64,000 nt of DNA from an uncultured Actinomycetes bacterium (GTDB lineage: Bacteria > Actinomycetota > Thermoleophilia > Gaiellales > Gaiellaceae). Below are positions 1 through 9,329 of the stretch, one piece after another. Below the pieces are notes generated by a model that was given only the letters and a program-made list of their open reading frames with translations, had not been told where the DNA came from and did not search any database. The stretch spans positions 7,722 to 71,721 of the forward strand of contig CAWJFW010000006.1 of NCBI GenBank assembly GCA_963842305.1, given 5' to 3'. The position numbers and the translations under genes are program-made. The first letter of the stretch is position 1. Every line of letters starts with the position of its first letter.

Positions 1-91
1 CCGGGCGGGCGATGACCAGCAGGATCGCGCCGACGGCAGCGAGGACGGCGACGACCACGATGACCTGCGGCGGCAGGTAGAAACGCCCCAT
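1..91 (-). CDS. N-terminal fragment of a membrane protein running off the left edge
   Basis: Reverse-strand ATG at 89-91, then MGRFYLPPQVIVVVAVLAAVGAILLVIARP (one hydrophobic helix). Only about 30 codons lie in the window. Confidence 0.3.
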   Translation of the reverse strand, partial: MGRFYLPPQVIVVVAVLAAVGAILLVIARP

Positions 92-201
92 TGCCTAGGC
101 TCATCGGGTCTCGGACGAGCCGCCTCATTCACTCGAACGAGGGACGCCCGCAACCCTCGCCGACCTCGTCCAGGGCGATCGTCTCTGAGAGACTGCCGGG
201 C

Positions 202-990
202 ATGGTGCTGGGAATCGACGTCTCGGCGTACCAGCGGTCGATCTCGTGGAAGGCCGTCAAGGAAGCCGGGGTCGAGTACGGGTTCGTGAAGGCGACCGAG
301 GGCACCGGCTACGTGAACCCGACCTACGAGCGGCATCGCAACGCGGCCCGGCGGCACGGGATCCCGGTCGGCGCCTACCACTTCGCGCGGCCCGACTCGG
401 ACGACGGCCCGCTCGCCGAAGCCGACTTCTTCCTCGAGGTCGCGGCCCCCGGGCAGGGCGACCTCCTGCCGGTGCTCGACTTCGAGCTTGCGGGCATGGG
501 CCCGGCAAAGCTGAGACGATGGGCCAAGGATTGGCTGAAGCGCGTGGAGAAGCGCATCGGGCAGCCGCCGATCCTCTACACGTACTCCGCCTTCTGGACG
601 TCGACAGTCGACAACGCCGTCGGCCTGTCGCGCTATCCGCTCTGGCTCGCGAACTACGGGGTCAACGACGGCAACGTGCACCCCGTCCGGACCGTCGGCG
701 ACTGGCCGAAGGTGTCCATTCACCAGTTCACGTCGAAGGGCCGCATCACCGGCCACGAGGGTGGGGTCGATCTCAACCGGCTGATGCGGGGTACCACGCT
801 CGATCAGCTCCGGATCGGCGGAGAGCCGGCTCCGGCGGCCGGGTACGGGCCACCGTGGCGCCTGATGGCCAAGGGTGAGGTGCAGCACGAGGCGAGGCGT
901 CTGGATGCTGCTTTCCTGGAACGCGTCGCCGAGCAGGCACGCACCGGCGGCGGCGCCGTGATCCGCGGAACGCCTCGCGAGCCTTCCTAG
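202..990 (+). CDS. Glycoside hydrolase family 25 muramidase (lysozyme)
   Basis: Track ORF 91..990. The conserved part begins at ATG 202: MVLGIDVSAYQRSISWKAVKEAGVEYGFVKATEG...GAYHFARP, the DxSxxQ / KATEG / YHF pattern of GH25 enzymes. No signal peptide seen. Confidence 0.85.
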   Translation: MVLGIDVSAYQRSISWKAVKEAGVEYGFVKATEGTGYVNPTYERHRNAARRHGIPVGAYHFARPDSDDGPLAEADFFLEVAAPGQGDLLPVLDFELAGMGPAKLRRWAKDWLKRVEKRIGQPPILYTYSAFWTSTVDNAVGLSRYPLWLANYGVNDGNVHPVRTVGDWPKVSIHQFTSKGRITGHEGGVDLNRLMRGTTLDQLRIGGEPAPAAGYGPPWRLMAKGEVQHEARRLDAAFLERVAEQARTGGGAVIRGTPREPS

Positions 991-2252
991 GCAGAGGCGG
1001 CGACCGGCGCCTCGAGCTGGCGTCTCGGAACGGCGCGGATGAGGAGCACGGCCAGCGCCGCGACGAGGGCGAGCCCGCCGGCGGCCGCCCAGGCGACCGT
1101 GTACTCCCCCGTCGTGGTGCGGACGAGCCCGGCCGCCCAGGCCGCCGTGGCCGCACCGAACTGATGGGCGCTGAAGATCCAGGCGAAGACGACGCCCGCC
1201 TGCCGCTGGAACGTCGCGGTCGCGAGGGCCGAGGTGGGCGGCACCGTCGCGACCCAGTCCAGCCCGTAGACGACGGCGAAGCCGGCCAGCGCCGCATACG
1301 TCGAGTCGAACGCGAACGGCAGTGCAAGCAGCGCGAGGCCGCGGAAGCCGTAGTAGACGAGCAGGAGCTTGCGCGCGTCGAACCGGTCGGTGAGCCATCC
1401 GGAACCGACCGTGCCGACGATGTCGAAGACGCCGACCACGGCCAGTAGGCTCGCGGCGGAGACCTGGGCGATGCCGTGGTCGTGGGCAGCCGGGATGAGG
1501 TGCGTCGAGACGAGCCCGTTTGTGGTGGCGCCGCAGACGAAGAACGTCCCGGCGAGGATCCAAAACGTGCGTGAGTGGACGGCGAGCCGGAGGCCCGCGA
1601 GCGCCGAGCCGAACGCGGCGGCGGCCGGCGGCGGCTCCTCCCAGTCGGGGCCCGCCCCGTAGGCTCGTTCGCCGACGTCGCTCGGGCGATCGCGCATGAG
1701 CCCGACGACGAGCGGCAGGACCAGCCCGAGCGCCGCGACCGCCACCAGCAGCGCGGCGTAGCGCCAGTCGAAGCCGGCGACCCAGGCCAAGAGCGGCAGG
1801 AAGACGAGCTGCCCCGAGGCGTTGCTCGCGGTCAGGATTCCCGTGACGAGACCACGCCGGGCGACGAACCAGCGGTTGGCGATGATTGCTGCAAGCGGCA
1901 CCGAGACAGCGCCCGTCGCCGTCCCGTTGACGACGCCCCAGAGGAGAAAGAGCTGCCACGGCTCGGTCATCCCGACCGTCAGGAGTGACGAGACGGCGAT
2001 GACCGCGAGCGCACACGAGATGACCCACCGCATGCCGAAGCGTTCGACCAGGGCGGCGGCGAACGGTGCGCCGAGACCGAAGCAGAGGAGGTTGAGCGAG
2101 ACCGCGAGACCGATCGTCTCGTGACTCCAGCCGAACTCCTCGTGGAGCGGCACGAGGAGGATGCCGGCGGTCGAGCGAAAGCCCGCGGACATGACGAGCG
2201 CGACGAAGCCGACCGCGACGACCACCCACGCGTACCGCCCTTGCCCTCGCAC
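987..2252 (-). CDS. MFS transporter
   Basis: 421-aa ORF that is hydrophobic throughout (about 12 helices) with an MFS-style N-terminus. Divergent from a MarR regulator gene. Confidence 0.85.
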   Translation of the reverse strand: MRGQGRYAWVVVAVGFVALVMSAGFRSTAGILLVPLHEEFGWSHETIGLAVSLNLLCFGLGAPFAAALVERFGMRWVISCALAVIAVSSLLTVGMTEPWQLFLLWGVVNGTATGAVSVPLAAIIANRWFVARRGLVTGILTASNASGQLVFLPLLAWVAGFDWRYAALLVAVAALGLVLPLVVGLMRDRPSDVGERAYGAGPDWEEPPPAAAAFGSALAGLRLAVHSRTFWILAGTFFVCGATTNGLVSTHLIPAAHDHGIAQVSAASLLAVVGVFDIVGTVGSGWLTDRFDARKLLLVYYGFRGLALLALPFAFDSTYAALAGFAVVYGLDWVATVPPTSALATATFQRQAGVVFAWIFSAHQFGAATAAWAAGLVRTTTGEYTVAWAAAGGLALVAALAVLLIRAVPRRQLEAPVAASA

Positions 2253-2292
2253 GAAGCGAGCCTACCAGATAGGCGGATATACTCCTATCTGC

Positions 2293-2730
2293 GTGATCGC
2301 CTCCATCGAGCCAGTCGAGTCGCCCTGCGTCTGCGCGACCCTCCGCATGGCGACCCGCGCGGTCGCGCGGATCTACGACCGAGCGCTCGAGCCACACGGC
2401 CTCCGCACGACGCAGTACTCCATCCTGGCCCGTCTCGAGGTGGAAGGGCCCTCGGCGGTCGGCCACCTGGCCACGCGACTGGCCATGGACCGAACGACGC
2501 TCGCGCGTGAGGCGGCGCCACTCGTCCGCGCGGGCCTGATCGCGGAAGAAGCCGACACTGACCGCCGGCGCCGCCTCCTGGCGCTCAGCCCGGAAGGGCT
2601 GGCGCGCCTGACCGCCGCGCGGCCGGCCTGGCGCGATGCGCAGCGACGCGTGCAAACCGAGCTCGGCTTCGAGCGCATGCAGGGCCTGCTCGGAGAGCTA
2701 CGCGCTCTCCTCGGCGCCGTGCGCGTCTGA
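2293..2730 (+). CDS. MarR family transcriptional regulator
   Basis: Winged-HTH pattern LRTTQYSILARLEVEGPSAVGHLATRLAMDRTTLAREAAPLVRAGLI..DRRRRLLALSPEG. Start placed at GTG 2293 to avoid overlapping the divergent MFS gene; start uncertain. Confidence 0.85.
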   Translation: MIASIEPVESPCVCATLRMATRAVARIYDRALEPHGLRTTQYSILARLEVEGPSAVGHLATRLAMDRTTLAREAAPLVRAGLIAEEADTDRRRRLLALSPEGLARLTAARPAWRDAQRRVQTELGFERMQGLLGELRALLGAVRV

Positions 2731-2755
2731 GCAGACCGCGTCTAAGCTGTCGCGC

Positions 2756-3397
2756 GTGTTCGCGAGCCTCACGACCGTCCGCGGCGCGGGTGCCGACGTA
2801 AGCGCCACCGCCGGCATGGCCGCCGAGTCCATGCTCGCCTGGTTGCGGGAGTTCGACGGCTATCGCGGGCTGCTCGTCCTCGGCGACCCCGCAAACGGAA
2901 ACGCGCGCATCGTCACCTTCTGGGAAAGCATGGAGGCGATCGAGCGGAGCGAGCGCAGCCGGCGCGAAGTGCGCGAGAGCATGGTCGCCACCGCAGGGGC
3001 CGAACTCCAGAGCGTCGAGCGCTACGAGCTTTTCATCGGCCACAACCTGCCCGCCAGCAGCGGGGTGCCCTCGGAGCAGGAGCTTCCGGCCGTCGCTCGC
3101 TTTACGAGCTTCTCGGGACCTCCCGAGGGCATCGAGGAGGGGCTCCGGACCTTCCGCGAGGACCTGGTCGACTGGTTTCGCGACGCCACGGGTTTTCGCG
3201 GCTGGCTCGCGCTCCTCGACGCGCCGAACGGAAGGTCGATCGGCATTACGTTGTGGGCGACGGAAGCGGACCTCGCCGACGACGTCTCGAGCGGCGCCGG
3301 CCTGCGCAACGAGATCGCTGCGGGCCTGCAGACGCAGGTCACGAGCGTCGAGTACTACGAGGTCGTGATGATCGACCTCGTCGACGAAGCCGGCTGA
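2756..3397 (+). CDS. Tandem two-domain ABM-like (ferredoxin-fold) protein, function unknown
   Basis: GTG 2756. Two roughly 100-aa halves share one pattern (FDGYRGLLVLGDPANGNARIVTFWES and ATGFRGWLALLDAPNGRSIGITLWAT). The long antisense ORF 2585..4204 is a shadow. Confidence 0.55.
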   Translation: MFASLTTVRGAGADVSATAGMAAESMLAWLREFDGYRGLLVLGDPANGNARIVTFWESMEAIERSERSRREVRESMVATAGAELQSVERYELFIGHNLPASSGVPSEQELPAVARFTSFSGPPEGIEEGLRTFREDLVDWFRDATGFRGWLALLDAPNGRSIGITLWATEADLADDVSSGAGLRNEIAAGLQTQVTSVEYYEVVMIDLVDEAG

Positions 3398-3406
3398 CGC
3401 ACGGGT

Positions 3407-4294
3407 ATGCCCGACTTCAGAGACGACGCCAAGCTCGACACCTCGCAGGTCGAGGATCTGCGAGGTCGCCGCCGAGTCCGGAAGGGCGGGCTCGCGGTCG
3501 GCGGTGGCGGCGGGATCGCCCTCGTCGTCACGCTGCTGATCATCTTCCTCGGCGGCGGGGGAAACGGCTTGCCGAGCGACCTCGGCAACCTCGCCGGCCA
3601 GACCGCAGGGACCCCGGCGGCGAACAGCGAGCTCCGGCAGGAGTGCCAAACCGGCGCCGATGCCGACGCGAGCGACGACTGTCGGATCGTCGGCTACATC
3701 AACTCGATCCAACGCTACTGGACGGCCGCTTTCGCCGACGGCGAGCGCGAGTACGTCCCCGCCCGCACCCGGTTTTTCACCGATGCCGTGGACACCGGCT
3801 GCGGGTCGGCCTCGTCCGCCATGGGTCCGTTCTACTGCCCTGCGGATACGTACGTCTACATCGACCTTGGGTTCTTCGACGAGCTTCGCTCGCAGTTCGG
3901 CGCGCAGGGAGGGCCCTTCGCCCAGGCCTACGTGATGGCCCACGAGTACGGACACCACGTCCAGGATCTCCTCGGCGTCCTCGACGGGCCTCAGGACCAG
4001 GGAGCGGAGAGCCGGTCGGTCCGCGTCGAGTTGCAGGCGGACTGCTTCGCCGGGGTGTGGGCGAGCAACGCGGTGGAGACCGGGTTCCTGACCCAGCTCA
4101 CCCAGGCCGACATCGTCGACGCCCTCGACGCGGCGGCGGCGGTCGGCGACGACCGCATCCAGGAGGCAGCCCAGGGCCGCGTGACGCCGGAGAGCTGGAC
4201 GCACGGTTCATCCGAGCAGCGCCAGCGGTGGTTCACGACCGGCTACGAGAGCGGCAATCCGGGCGCGTGCGACACCTTCAGCGGCGACATCTGA
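3407..4294 (+). CDS. YpfJ-like putative neutral zinc metallopeptidase
   Basis: N-terminal TM helix ([15 protein letters not shown]), HEYGHHVQ zinc-binding motif, and overall layout of the PF04228 family. Confidence 0.85.
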   Translation: MPDFRDDAKLDTSQVEDLRGRRRVRKGGLAVGGGGGIALVVTLLIIFLGGGGNGLPSDLGNLAGQTAGTPAANSELRQECQTGADADASDDCRIVGYINSIQRYWTAAFADGEREYVPARTRFFTDAVDTGCGSASSAMGPFYCPADTYVYIDLGFFDELRSQFGAQGGPFAQAYVMAHEYGHHVQDLLGVLDGPQDQGAESRSVRVELQADCFAGVWASNAVETGFLTQLTQADIVDALDAAAAVGDDRIQEAAQGRVTPESWTHGSSEQRQRWFTTGYESGNPGACDTFSGDI

Positions 4295-4304
4295 TCGCCG
4301 AGCG

Positions 4305-4772
4305 CTACTTGGCGCCTGCTTTCGCGAGCTTGTCGAAAGCGGCGTCGAGATCCTGTTCGGGCGGGAGTTTCCCCTCCGGCGAGACCTTGTTCACGACCTC
4401 CGGCAGCGCCTTGGCGACGACATCGGCTGCCTGTGACTCCGAGATGCCCAGCTGCTTCGCGACCGCCTGGATCTGCTCCTTGCCGACGGCCTTCTCCATC
4501 TGAGGACCGTCCACCGCCTGGTTGGGACCGGTTCCCACCCAGGAGTCGGCTTGCGAGGACAGTCCGTTCGCTTTCAGACCGCCCATGATCTTCTGCAGCC
4601 CTCCGCTCGCGAGAAGCCCCCCGAGAACCGGGACGAGAGCGCTCATCGTCGAGCCGCTGCCCCCGCTTCCGCCCCCGCCCATCAGACCGCCGAGCATGTC
4701 GTCGAGCCCGCCGCCCGAGCTGCCGCCTTTGCCGCCCGCTAGGCCGCCCAGGATGTCGTCGAGTCCGCTCAT
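4305..4772 (-). CDS. YidB / DUF937 family protein
   Basis: Gly-rich N-terminal half and C-terminal ..QLGISESQAADVVAKALPEVVNKVSPEG.. typical of YidB-like proteins. Confidence 0.75.
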   Translation of the reverse strand: MSGLDDILGGLAGGKGGSSGGGLDDMLGGLMGGGGSGGSGSTMSALVPVLGGLLASGGLQKIMGGLKANGLSSQADSWVGTGPNQAVDGPQMEKAVGKEQIQAVAKQLGISESQAADVVAKALPEVVNKVSPEGKLPPEQDLDAAFDKLAKAGAK

Positions 4773-4834
4773 CCTTCGCTCCCTTCGCGTCGAGGATGGT
4801 TCGGCGCGAAAGTGTAGATGTGGTGGGCCTTAAC

Positions 4835-4868
4835 GACCGGAGCGCCTCCGGTCGGAGGCGCTCCGGTC
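4835..4868 (-). terminator. Perfect 15-bp stem / 4-nt loop hairpin just downstream of the 67-aa gene
   Basis: GACCGGAGCGCCTCC-GGTC-GGAGGCGCTCCGGTC read directly from the sequence. It begins 9 nt after the stop of 4877..5080. No U-tract, which is common in high-GC actinobacteria. Confidence 0.6.
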
Positions 4869-4876
4869 TGCCGCAA

Positions 4877-5080
4877 CTAGACGCCGGCCGGCTCGGCCGG
4901 CGTCTTCCGGGCCCGCGCCACCGTGAGCCGCGGCTGGCCGCGCTCGATGCGCGGACCAGCGCGGACACGGACGTGCAGGCGGGCCAGGTCCCGGGCGAGC
5001 AGGGCGACCTCGGCCGCGGTGAGAGGCGCAACCTCCCGCACGCGCCGGGCCTCCAGCTGGAGTAGATGAAGCTCGTGCAC
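4877..5080 (-). CDS. Small hypothetical protein (67 aa)
   Basis: GTG start preceded by AAGGAGG at 5-nt spacing and followed by a strong hairpin. Sequence is helical and Arg/Leu-rich; no family recognised. Confidence 0.5.
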   Translation of the reverse strand: MHELHLLQLEARRVREVAPLTAAEVALLARDLARLHVRVRAGPRIERGQPRLTVARARKTPAEPAGV

Positions 5081-5316
5081 GGCTCCTCCTTCCGTCGAGA
5101 ACGTCGTGGTCTCCTGGGTGCTTTCGACCCATCCGGATGCGCGTTCCGACGGAAATGAGCAGGCAAAAGCTTACGTCGCTATTTCACCATCCATTTAGCG
5201 TCGTGACGCGCCGAGAGCTTGCGCTCTCACGCTGGGTCTCGATCCGATCTGGTCTCGTCCAAGTGCTCCATCACCTGCTTTCGTCGCCATCCCCGTCACG
5301 CCTCCGAAACGACGAA

Positions 5317-5335
5317 GGCGACCCGCTGGGTCGCC
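5317..5335 (-). terminator. Hairpin GGCGACCC-GCT-GGGTCGCC downstream of 5365..5619
   Basis: 8-bp GC-rich stem followed on the minus strand by TTCGTCGTTTC. Confidence 0.4.
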
Positions 5336-5364
5336 CTCGAGAGAGTCGCTATGCGGCTAGGCTC

Positions 5365-5619
5365 CTAGCCGATGCACCTCGTCACGAGGGCGCCGTCCGC
5401 GCCCGTCAGCTCGAGCCACGCACCGTCCGGCGAGCACGGCACGACCCGTCCAGCCAGTACGGCGGCGAACGCGGGCGTGTGGGTCGTGGTCGGGATCATG
5501 TGCCTCCAGTGGGTCGGTCGCGCGCCACCATAGCGCATCGATCGGACGATGGCAAGGAATCCATCGGCCGATCTTCGGGCCTCTGGGGTGAAACAGAATG
5601 CGCAATTCGGGCACGTCAT
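5365..5619 (-). CDS. Small hypothetical protein with Cys-rich N-terminus (MTCPNCAFC..)
   Basis: Third-position GC is high in this frame. It lies 12 nt downstream of the amine oxidase gene, so probably in the same operon. Start taken at the internal ATG of track ORF 5365..5700. Confidence 0.4.
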   Translation of the reverse strand: MTCPNCAFCFTPEARRSADGFLAIVRSMRYGGARPTHWRHMIPTTTHTPAFAAVLAGRVVPCSPDGAWLELTGADGALVTRCIG

Positions 5620-5630
5620 TTTTCGTAGCT

Positions 5631-6824
5631 TCAGCGCGCGAGGACATCCTCCGCAGCGCGCTGTCCGCTGCGGAGTGCGCCCTCCATCATTCCGTGCCAC
5701 TCGGCGGCCGTGTGCTCTCCCGCGAACGCGAGCGGGCCTACGGGACGCGCCAGTGCTTCCGTGTCGAGCGGCGAGCTGACGGAGAGCGCCGAGTAGGCAC
5801 CTTGCGCCCAGGGGTCGTCGTGCCAGGTGGTGAGCAGCGATGCCCCGGGATCAGCCTCCAGTTCCAGCTCGGGACGGAGCGCTGCGAGCGCGGTGAGCCA
5901 GGTCACCGGCCCGGCCCAGACGCGCAGGCGAGCGAGCGCTCCCGGGCTGCCGGCGAAGGCCGCGGCAAACGGCGCGGGCTCTCCGTCCGGGCCCAGCTGC
6001 GTGTAGCTCCAGTAGCGCGCCGGTACGGACAGGACCGCGGTCGGATCGGACGGAGTACGCAGCTGCACGTGGAGCTTGGCCGCCTGCCCGTACCGCACCG
6101 CGGCGAGCGCGTCGGCCTTGCGCGCAGGCAAAGGCGGGTCGAAGCGAAGTGCTGTCGCGGCGATCGCCGGCGTCGCGACGACCGCCCCGTCTGCCCATAG
6201 CTCGAGTCCGCCGGCCCTCACGGAGATCGAGCGGCGATCCCAGTCGATCTCCTCCGCGGGTGTTCCGGTCAGGAGCGCGGGCCCGAGGGGAGCCGCCAGC
6301 GCCTCCGCGAGCCGGCTGTTGCCTCCCGCGATTCCAAACGTGTCGAAGCGGCCGAAGCCGGCACCGGTCTCGGCCAGAATGGTCGCGTCCAGATCGGCAG
6401 CCGGGTAAGCGCTCGAGACCTCGATCCGCGCAGCGATCACGTCCGCCGTCGCCTGCTGAAGCCCGAGCGACGCCAGCGCATCCAGCACCGTTCCGTCAAG
6501 CGAGGCCTCACCGAGCAGACCGACCGCGGCCTCGAGGCGGGCCCGCGAGACGGCCGGGCCGCCGCGCGGCTCGCGATCGCCGTACAGGGTCCCCTTTCGA
6601 TAGAGACGCAGGCCGAGCCTGTGCGCGGTCGCGTGAAGAACCTCGTCGCCCGGGAAGACGAACTCCGCTCCGCGCTCGGCGACACCGCCGGCGAAGGGCA
6701 CCGACCAGACCCGGCCGCCGATGCGATCGCGTGCCTCCAGCACGACGACGTCGACGCCCTCCCTGCGGAGCGCGTCGGCGGCCGCCAGGCCGGCAAGGCC
6801 GGCGCCGATCACGACGATTCGCAC
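5631..6824 (-). CDS. FAD-dependent amine oxidase (flavin monoamine/polyamine oxidase family)
   Basis: N-terminal dinucleotide fold MRIVVIGAGLAGLAAADALRREGVDVVVLEARDRIGGRV and C-terminal ..FAGEHT.. motif. Confidence 0.85.
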   Translation of the reverse strand: MRIVVIGAGLAGLAAADALRREGVDVVVLEARDRIGGRVWSVPFAGGVAERGAEFVFPGDEVLHATAHRLGLRLYRKGTLYGDREPRGGPAVSRARLEAAVGLLGEASLDGTVLDALASLGLQQATADVIAARIEVSSAYPAADLDATILAETGAGFGRFDTFGIAGGNSRLAEALAAPLGPALLTGTPAEEIDWDRRSISVRAGGLELWADGAVVATPAIAATALRFDPPLPARKADALAAVRYGQAAKLHVQLRTPSDPTAVLSVPARYWSYTQLGPDGEPAPFAAAFAGSPGALARLRVWAGPVTWLTALAALRPELELEADPGASLLTTWHDDPWAQGAYSALSVSSPLDTEALARPVGPLAFAGEHTAAEWHGMMEGALRSGQRAAEDVLAR

Positions 6825-6929
6825 GAGCGGACGCTAACCGACCTCCGAGGGAAGCTCCCCCGCTGCGTAGCCCGGCGCCCGGACGGGTAGCGTGAGGTGT
6901 GACCCGCAAAAGCCAGTCAGGAGGTTCAG

Positions 6930-7331
6930 ATGCCCGGTTGGGTTGGCGACGTCGAGCGCGCGACGCTCGACAACGAGACGTTCCGCACCGTGCTCTTCAC
7001 CGGCGAGCACACGCAGCTGACGGTCATGCACCTGGCGCCGGGTGAGGACATCGGCCGCGAGGCCCACGACCACAACGACCAGTTCATCCGCATCGAGCTG
7101 GGATCGGCGAGGATCGAGCTCGGCGCCAACGAGGATCGGGTCGACGAGACCCACGAGGTCGGCGACGCGTGGGCCGCGATCATCCCGGCCGGCGTCTGGC
7201 ACAACGTCGTCAACACCGGCGACGGGGACCTGAAGCTGTACTCGCTCTACTCGCCGCCCGAGCACCCCGACGGAACCGTCCACCGGACGAAGGCCGAGGC
7301 TGAAGAGGCCGAGCGGGCCCATCACAGCTAG
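6930..7331 (+). CDS. Cupin domain protein
   Basis: Cupin motifs G(X)5HxH-like (GREAHDHNDQF) and ..IPAGVWHNVVNTG.. Confidence 0.8.
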   Translation: MPGWVGDVERATLDNETFRTVLFTGEHTQLTVMHLAPGEDIGREAHDHNDQFIRIELGSARIELGANEDRVDETHEVGDAWAAIIPAGVWHNVVNTGDGDLKLYSLYSPPEHPDGTVHRTKAEAEEAERAHHS

Positions 7332-9008
7332 CTACGCGAGACGGGCGAGCGCCTCGGAGGGAAGCGGGAACCACCGGAGGCCTTCGAACTCGGCCGGGAG
7401 ATCGAGGCGGGGCACCGATACCGGCGGAGCCGCCTCCACCTGCTCCACGAGACGCCGCGCCGCCTGGAGGTACCCGGGCAGCACTGCCTCGGGCGCCCTC
7501 TGCCACTCGCCCTTGCCGGGGAGCCGCAGGTCGTCGAGCGTGACCGGCGAGAAACGCGGGCCGTCGCGATGGTGCCACAGTCCCGAGTCGGCGTCGAAGC
7601 GGTAGAGCGGCAGCAGCTTCCAGGCATGATCGGCGAGGAAGTCGATGGCCTCGACGAGGTACCCGAGGACCGTCTCGCTGATGAGGTAGGAGAACGAGAC
7701 GCGGACGAAGCCGATCTTTATCCCCAGCCGTCCGTGCGCGACCTCTGCCTCGTGAGCGGCCGACGTCTCGAGATCGAAGTCGATGAGCCGATGGACGTAC
7801 GGGCCGGCGCAGAAGCAGCCGCTCCGCGCCTGGATCCCGAAGAGGTCTCCGAGCAGCGCGACCACGAAGTTGGGGTGCAGCATTCCCACGGGCCGGGCGT
7901 CCAGCGGGTAGCGGATCCCGAACGACACGATCGGTACCCGCGGCAGCTCAGGATTGCCGAGCACGAGCAGCCGGGGGTTTGCGGACCACGACCGCAGCGC
8001 GCGCTGCACGAAGTCCGCCTCGAGCCGTTGGATGGCATCGGCGCCGACTTCCTCTCTGAGCCCGAACGCGAGGCCGGAACGGATCGACTCGACGATGGCC
8101 GGGGTTCCTGCCTCCTCGCGCACCGCCGGGTCGCGATGGTAGGTCTGGCTATCGGGCGTGACATAGAGAACCGTGCCGCCGCCGGGGACCGCCGGGACGT
8201 CGCCGGCGAAGAGGTGGCGCTTGGCGACGAGCACGCCGGGCGAGCCGGGCCCTCCCGGAAGCTTGTGCGGCGACAGGAAGACGGCGTCTTTGTACGCGAG
8301 CTCACCGTCCTCGACGTCCGGAGCCGGGTTCATGTCGATCGGAAGGTGGGGGGCGGCCGCCGCGTAGTCCCAGCACGCGAGGGCGCCGTGCCGGTGGAGC
8401 AGGATCGAGACGGCGTCGGTGTCCGTGACGATGCCGGTCACATTCGAGGCCGCCGAGAAGCTGCCGACCTTGCGCGGCCATGCGGCGTGACGCTCGAGCT
8501 CCCAGCGTAGGTGCTCGAGATCGAAGCTGCCGTCTGCGTCCTCGCGGATGACGACGACCTTTGCCGGGGACTCCCGCCACGGCAGCTCGTTGGAGTGGTG
8601 CTCGAAGGGGCCGACGAAGACGACCGGCTCAGACGCGGCCTCCAAGCGGAGCATCCGTACCAGGCGGTCGATCGCGCCGGTGGCGCCCGAGCCGCAGAAG
8701 ACGACGACGTCGTCGACCCCGCCCCCGACCGCCCGATGGATGACACCGCGGGCGTCCTCGCGCAGGAGCGTCGTCTGTCGCCCGGTCGCCGAGGCTTCCG
8801 TGTGCGTGTTCGCATAAAGCGGCAGGACTCGCTCACGGATGGCGTCCTCGATGAAGCCGAGCGACCGGCCGGAGGCGGTGTCGTCGGCGTAGACGAGGCG
8901 TCGTGGTCCGAACGGGCCGTCGAGAACGACGTCGTCGCCGATCACGGCGCTCCGGATCCGTGCGAGCTCGTGCTCGAGCCGTCGGACTGAGAGTGCGGTC
9001 ACGCTCAT
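7332..9008 (-). CDS. Aminotransferase class V-fold PLP-dependent enzyme (cysteine desulfurase-like) with C-terminal extension
   Basis: ..YANTHTEAS.., ..FCGSGATGAI.., and the PLP-lysine context FLSPHKLPGGPGSPGVLV. Confidence 0.85.
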   Translation of the reverse strand: MSVTALSVRRLEHELARIRSAVIGDDVVLDGPFGPRRLVYADDTASGRSLGFIEDAIRERVLPLYANTHTEASATGRQTTLLREDARGVIHRAVGGGVDDVVVFCGSGATGAIDRLVRMLRLEAASEPVVFVGPFEHHSNELPWRESPAKVVVIREDADGSFDLEHLRWELERHAAWPRKVGSFSAASNVTGIVTDTDAVSILLHRHGALACWDYAAAAPHLPIDMNPAPDVEDGELAYKDAVFLSPHKLPGGPGSPGVLVAKRHLFAGDVPAVPGGGTVLYVTPDSQTYHRDPAVREEAGTPAIVESIRSGLAFGLREEVGADAIQRLEADFVQRALRSWSANPRLLVLGNPELPRVPIVSFGIRYPLDARPVGMLHPNFVVALLGDLFGIQARSGCFCAGPYVHRLIDFDLETSAAHEAEVAHGRLGIKIGFVRVSFSYLISETVLGYLVEAIDFLADHAWKLLPLYRFDADSGLWHHRDGPRFSPVTLDDLRLPGKGEWQRAPEAVLPGYLQAARRLVEQVEAAPPVSVPRLDLPAEFEGLRWFPLPSEALARLA

Positions 9009-9118
9009 CCCGTCACACAGGACGTGCCGGGACGCCGAAATCTTCGGCCGGCCGTTCCCGATCGGGTCGCCTATTCTGTCGGCACGTTGTTGCTGACCCC
9101 TGGGGAAGGGAGGCCCGC

Positions 9119-9316
9119 GTGTCCGTCGCCAAGGTCATCGAGCTGACGGCGACCTCGGCCGAGAGCTTCGAGGACGCCTGCAGAGAGGGGATCGAGAAGG
9201 CAGGCCAGACAGTCCGTGGTATCAAGGGCGCCTGGGTCGACGGGCAGGAGCTCGTCGTCGAGGACGGCGCCGTCCAGTTCCACGTCCACCTGAAGGTGAC
9301 GTTCCTCCTCGAGTAA
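9119..9316 (+). CDS. Dodecin family (flavin-binding) protein
   Basis: 65 aa from GTG 9119 with a GGGGAAGGGAGG Shine-Dalgarno upstream. VAKVIELTATSAESFEDACREGIEKAGQTVRGIKGAWV...VHLKVTFLLE matches the dodecin pattern. Confidence 0.8.
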   Translation: MSVAKVIELTATSAESFEDACREGIEKAGQTVRGIKGAWVDGQELVVEDGAVQFHVHLKVTFLLE

Positions 9317-9329
9317 CCGGGAGATCTAT

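Noticed and set aside
2585-4204. 539-aa minus-strand ORF, together with similar very long ORFs at 9013..10737, 26905..28224, 32252..33595, the 5' part of 43618..46662, 51494..53935 before 53441, 55160..57190 and 57263..58522.
   Set aside because: They are Arg/Pro/Gly/Ala-rich translations lying antisense or off-frame to genes with clear family signatures. This is the usual stop-codon-poor shadow ORF of roughly 70% GC DNA.
5081-5316. A roughly 240-nt non-coding stretch upstream of the 67-aa gene, considered as a possible riboswitch or sRNA.
   Set aside because: It contains small hairpins (for example GAGAGC-TTGC-GCTCTC), but I could not match any known riboswitch core. It needs a covariance-model scan before any claim.
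5365-5619. A zinc-ribbon assignment for the small protein that begins MTCPNCAFC.
   Set aside because: There is only one clear CxxC pair plus scattered Cys residues, and no second knuckle at a typical distance. It is kept as hypothetical.
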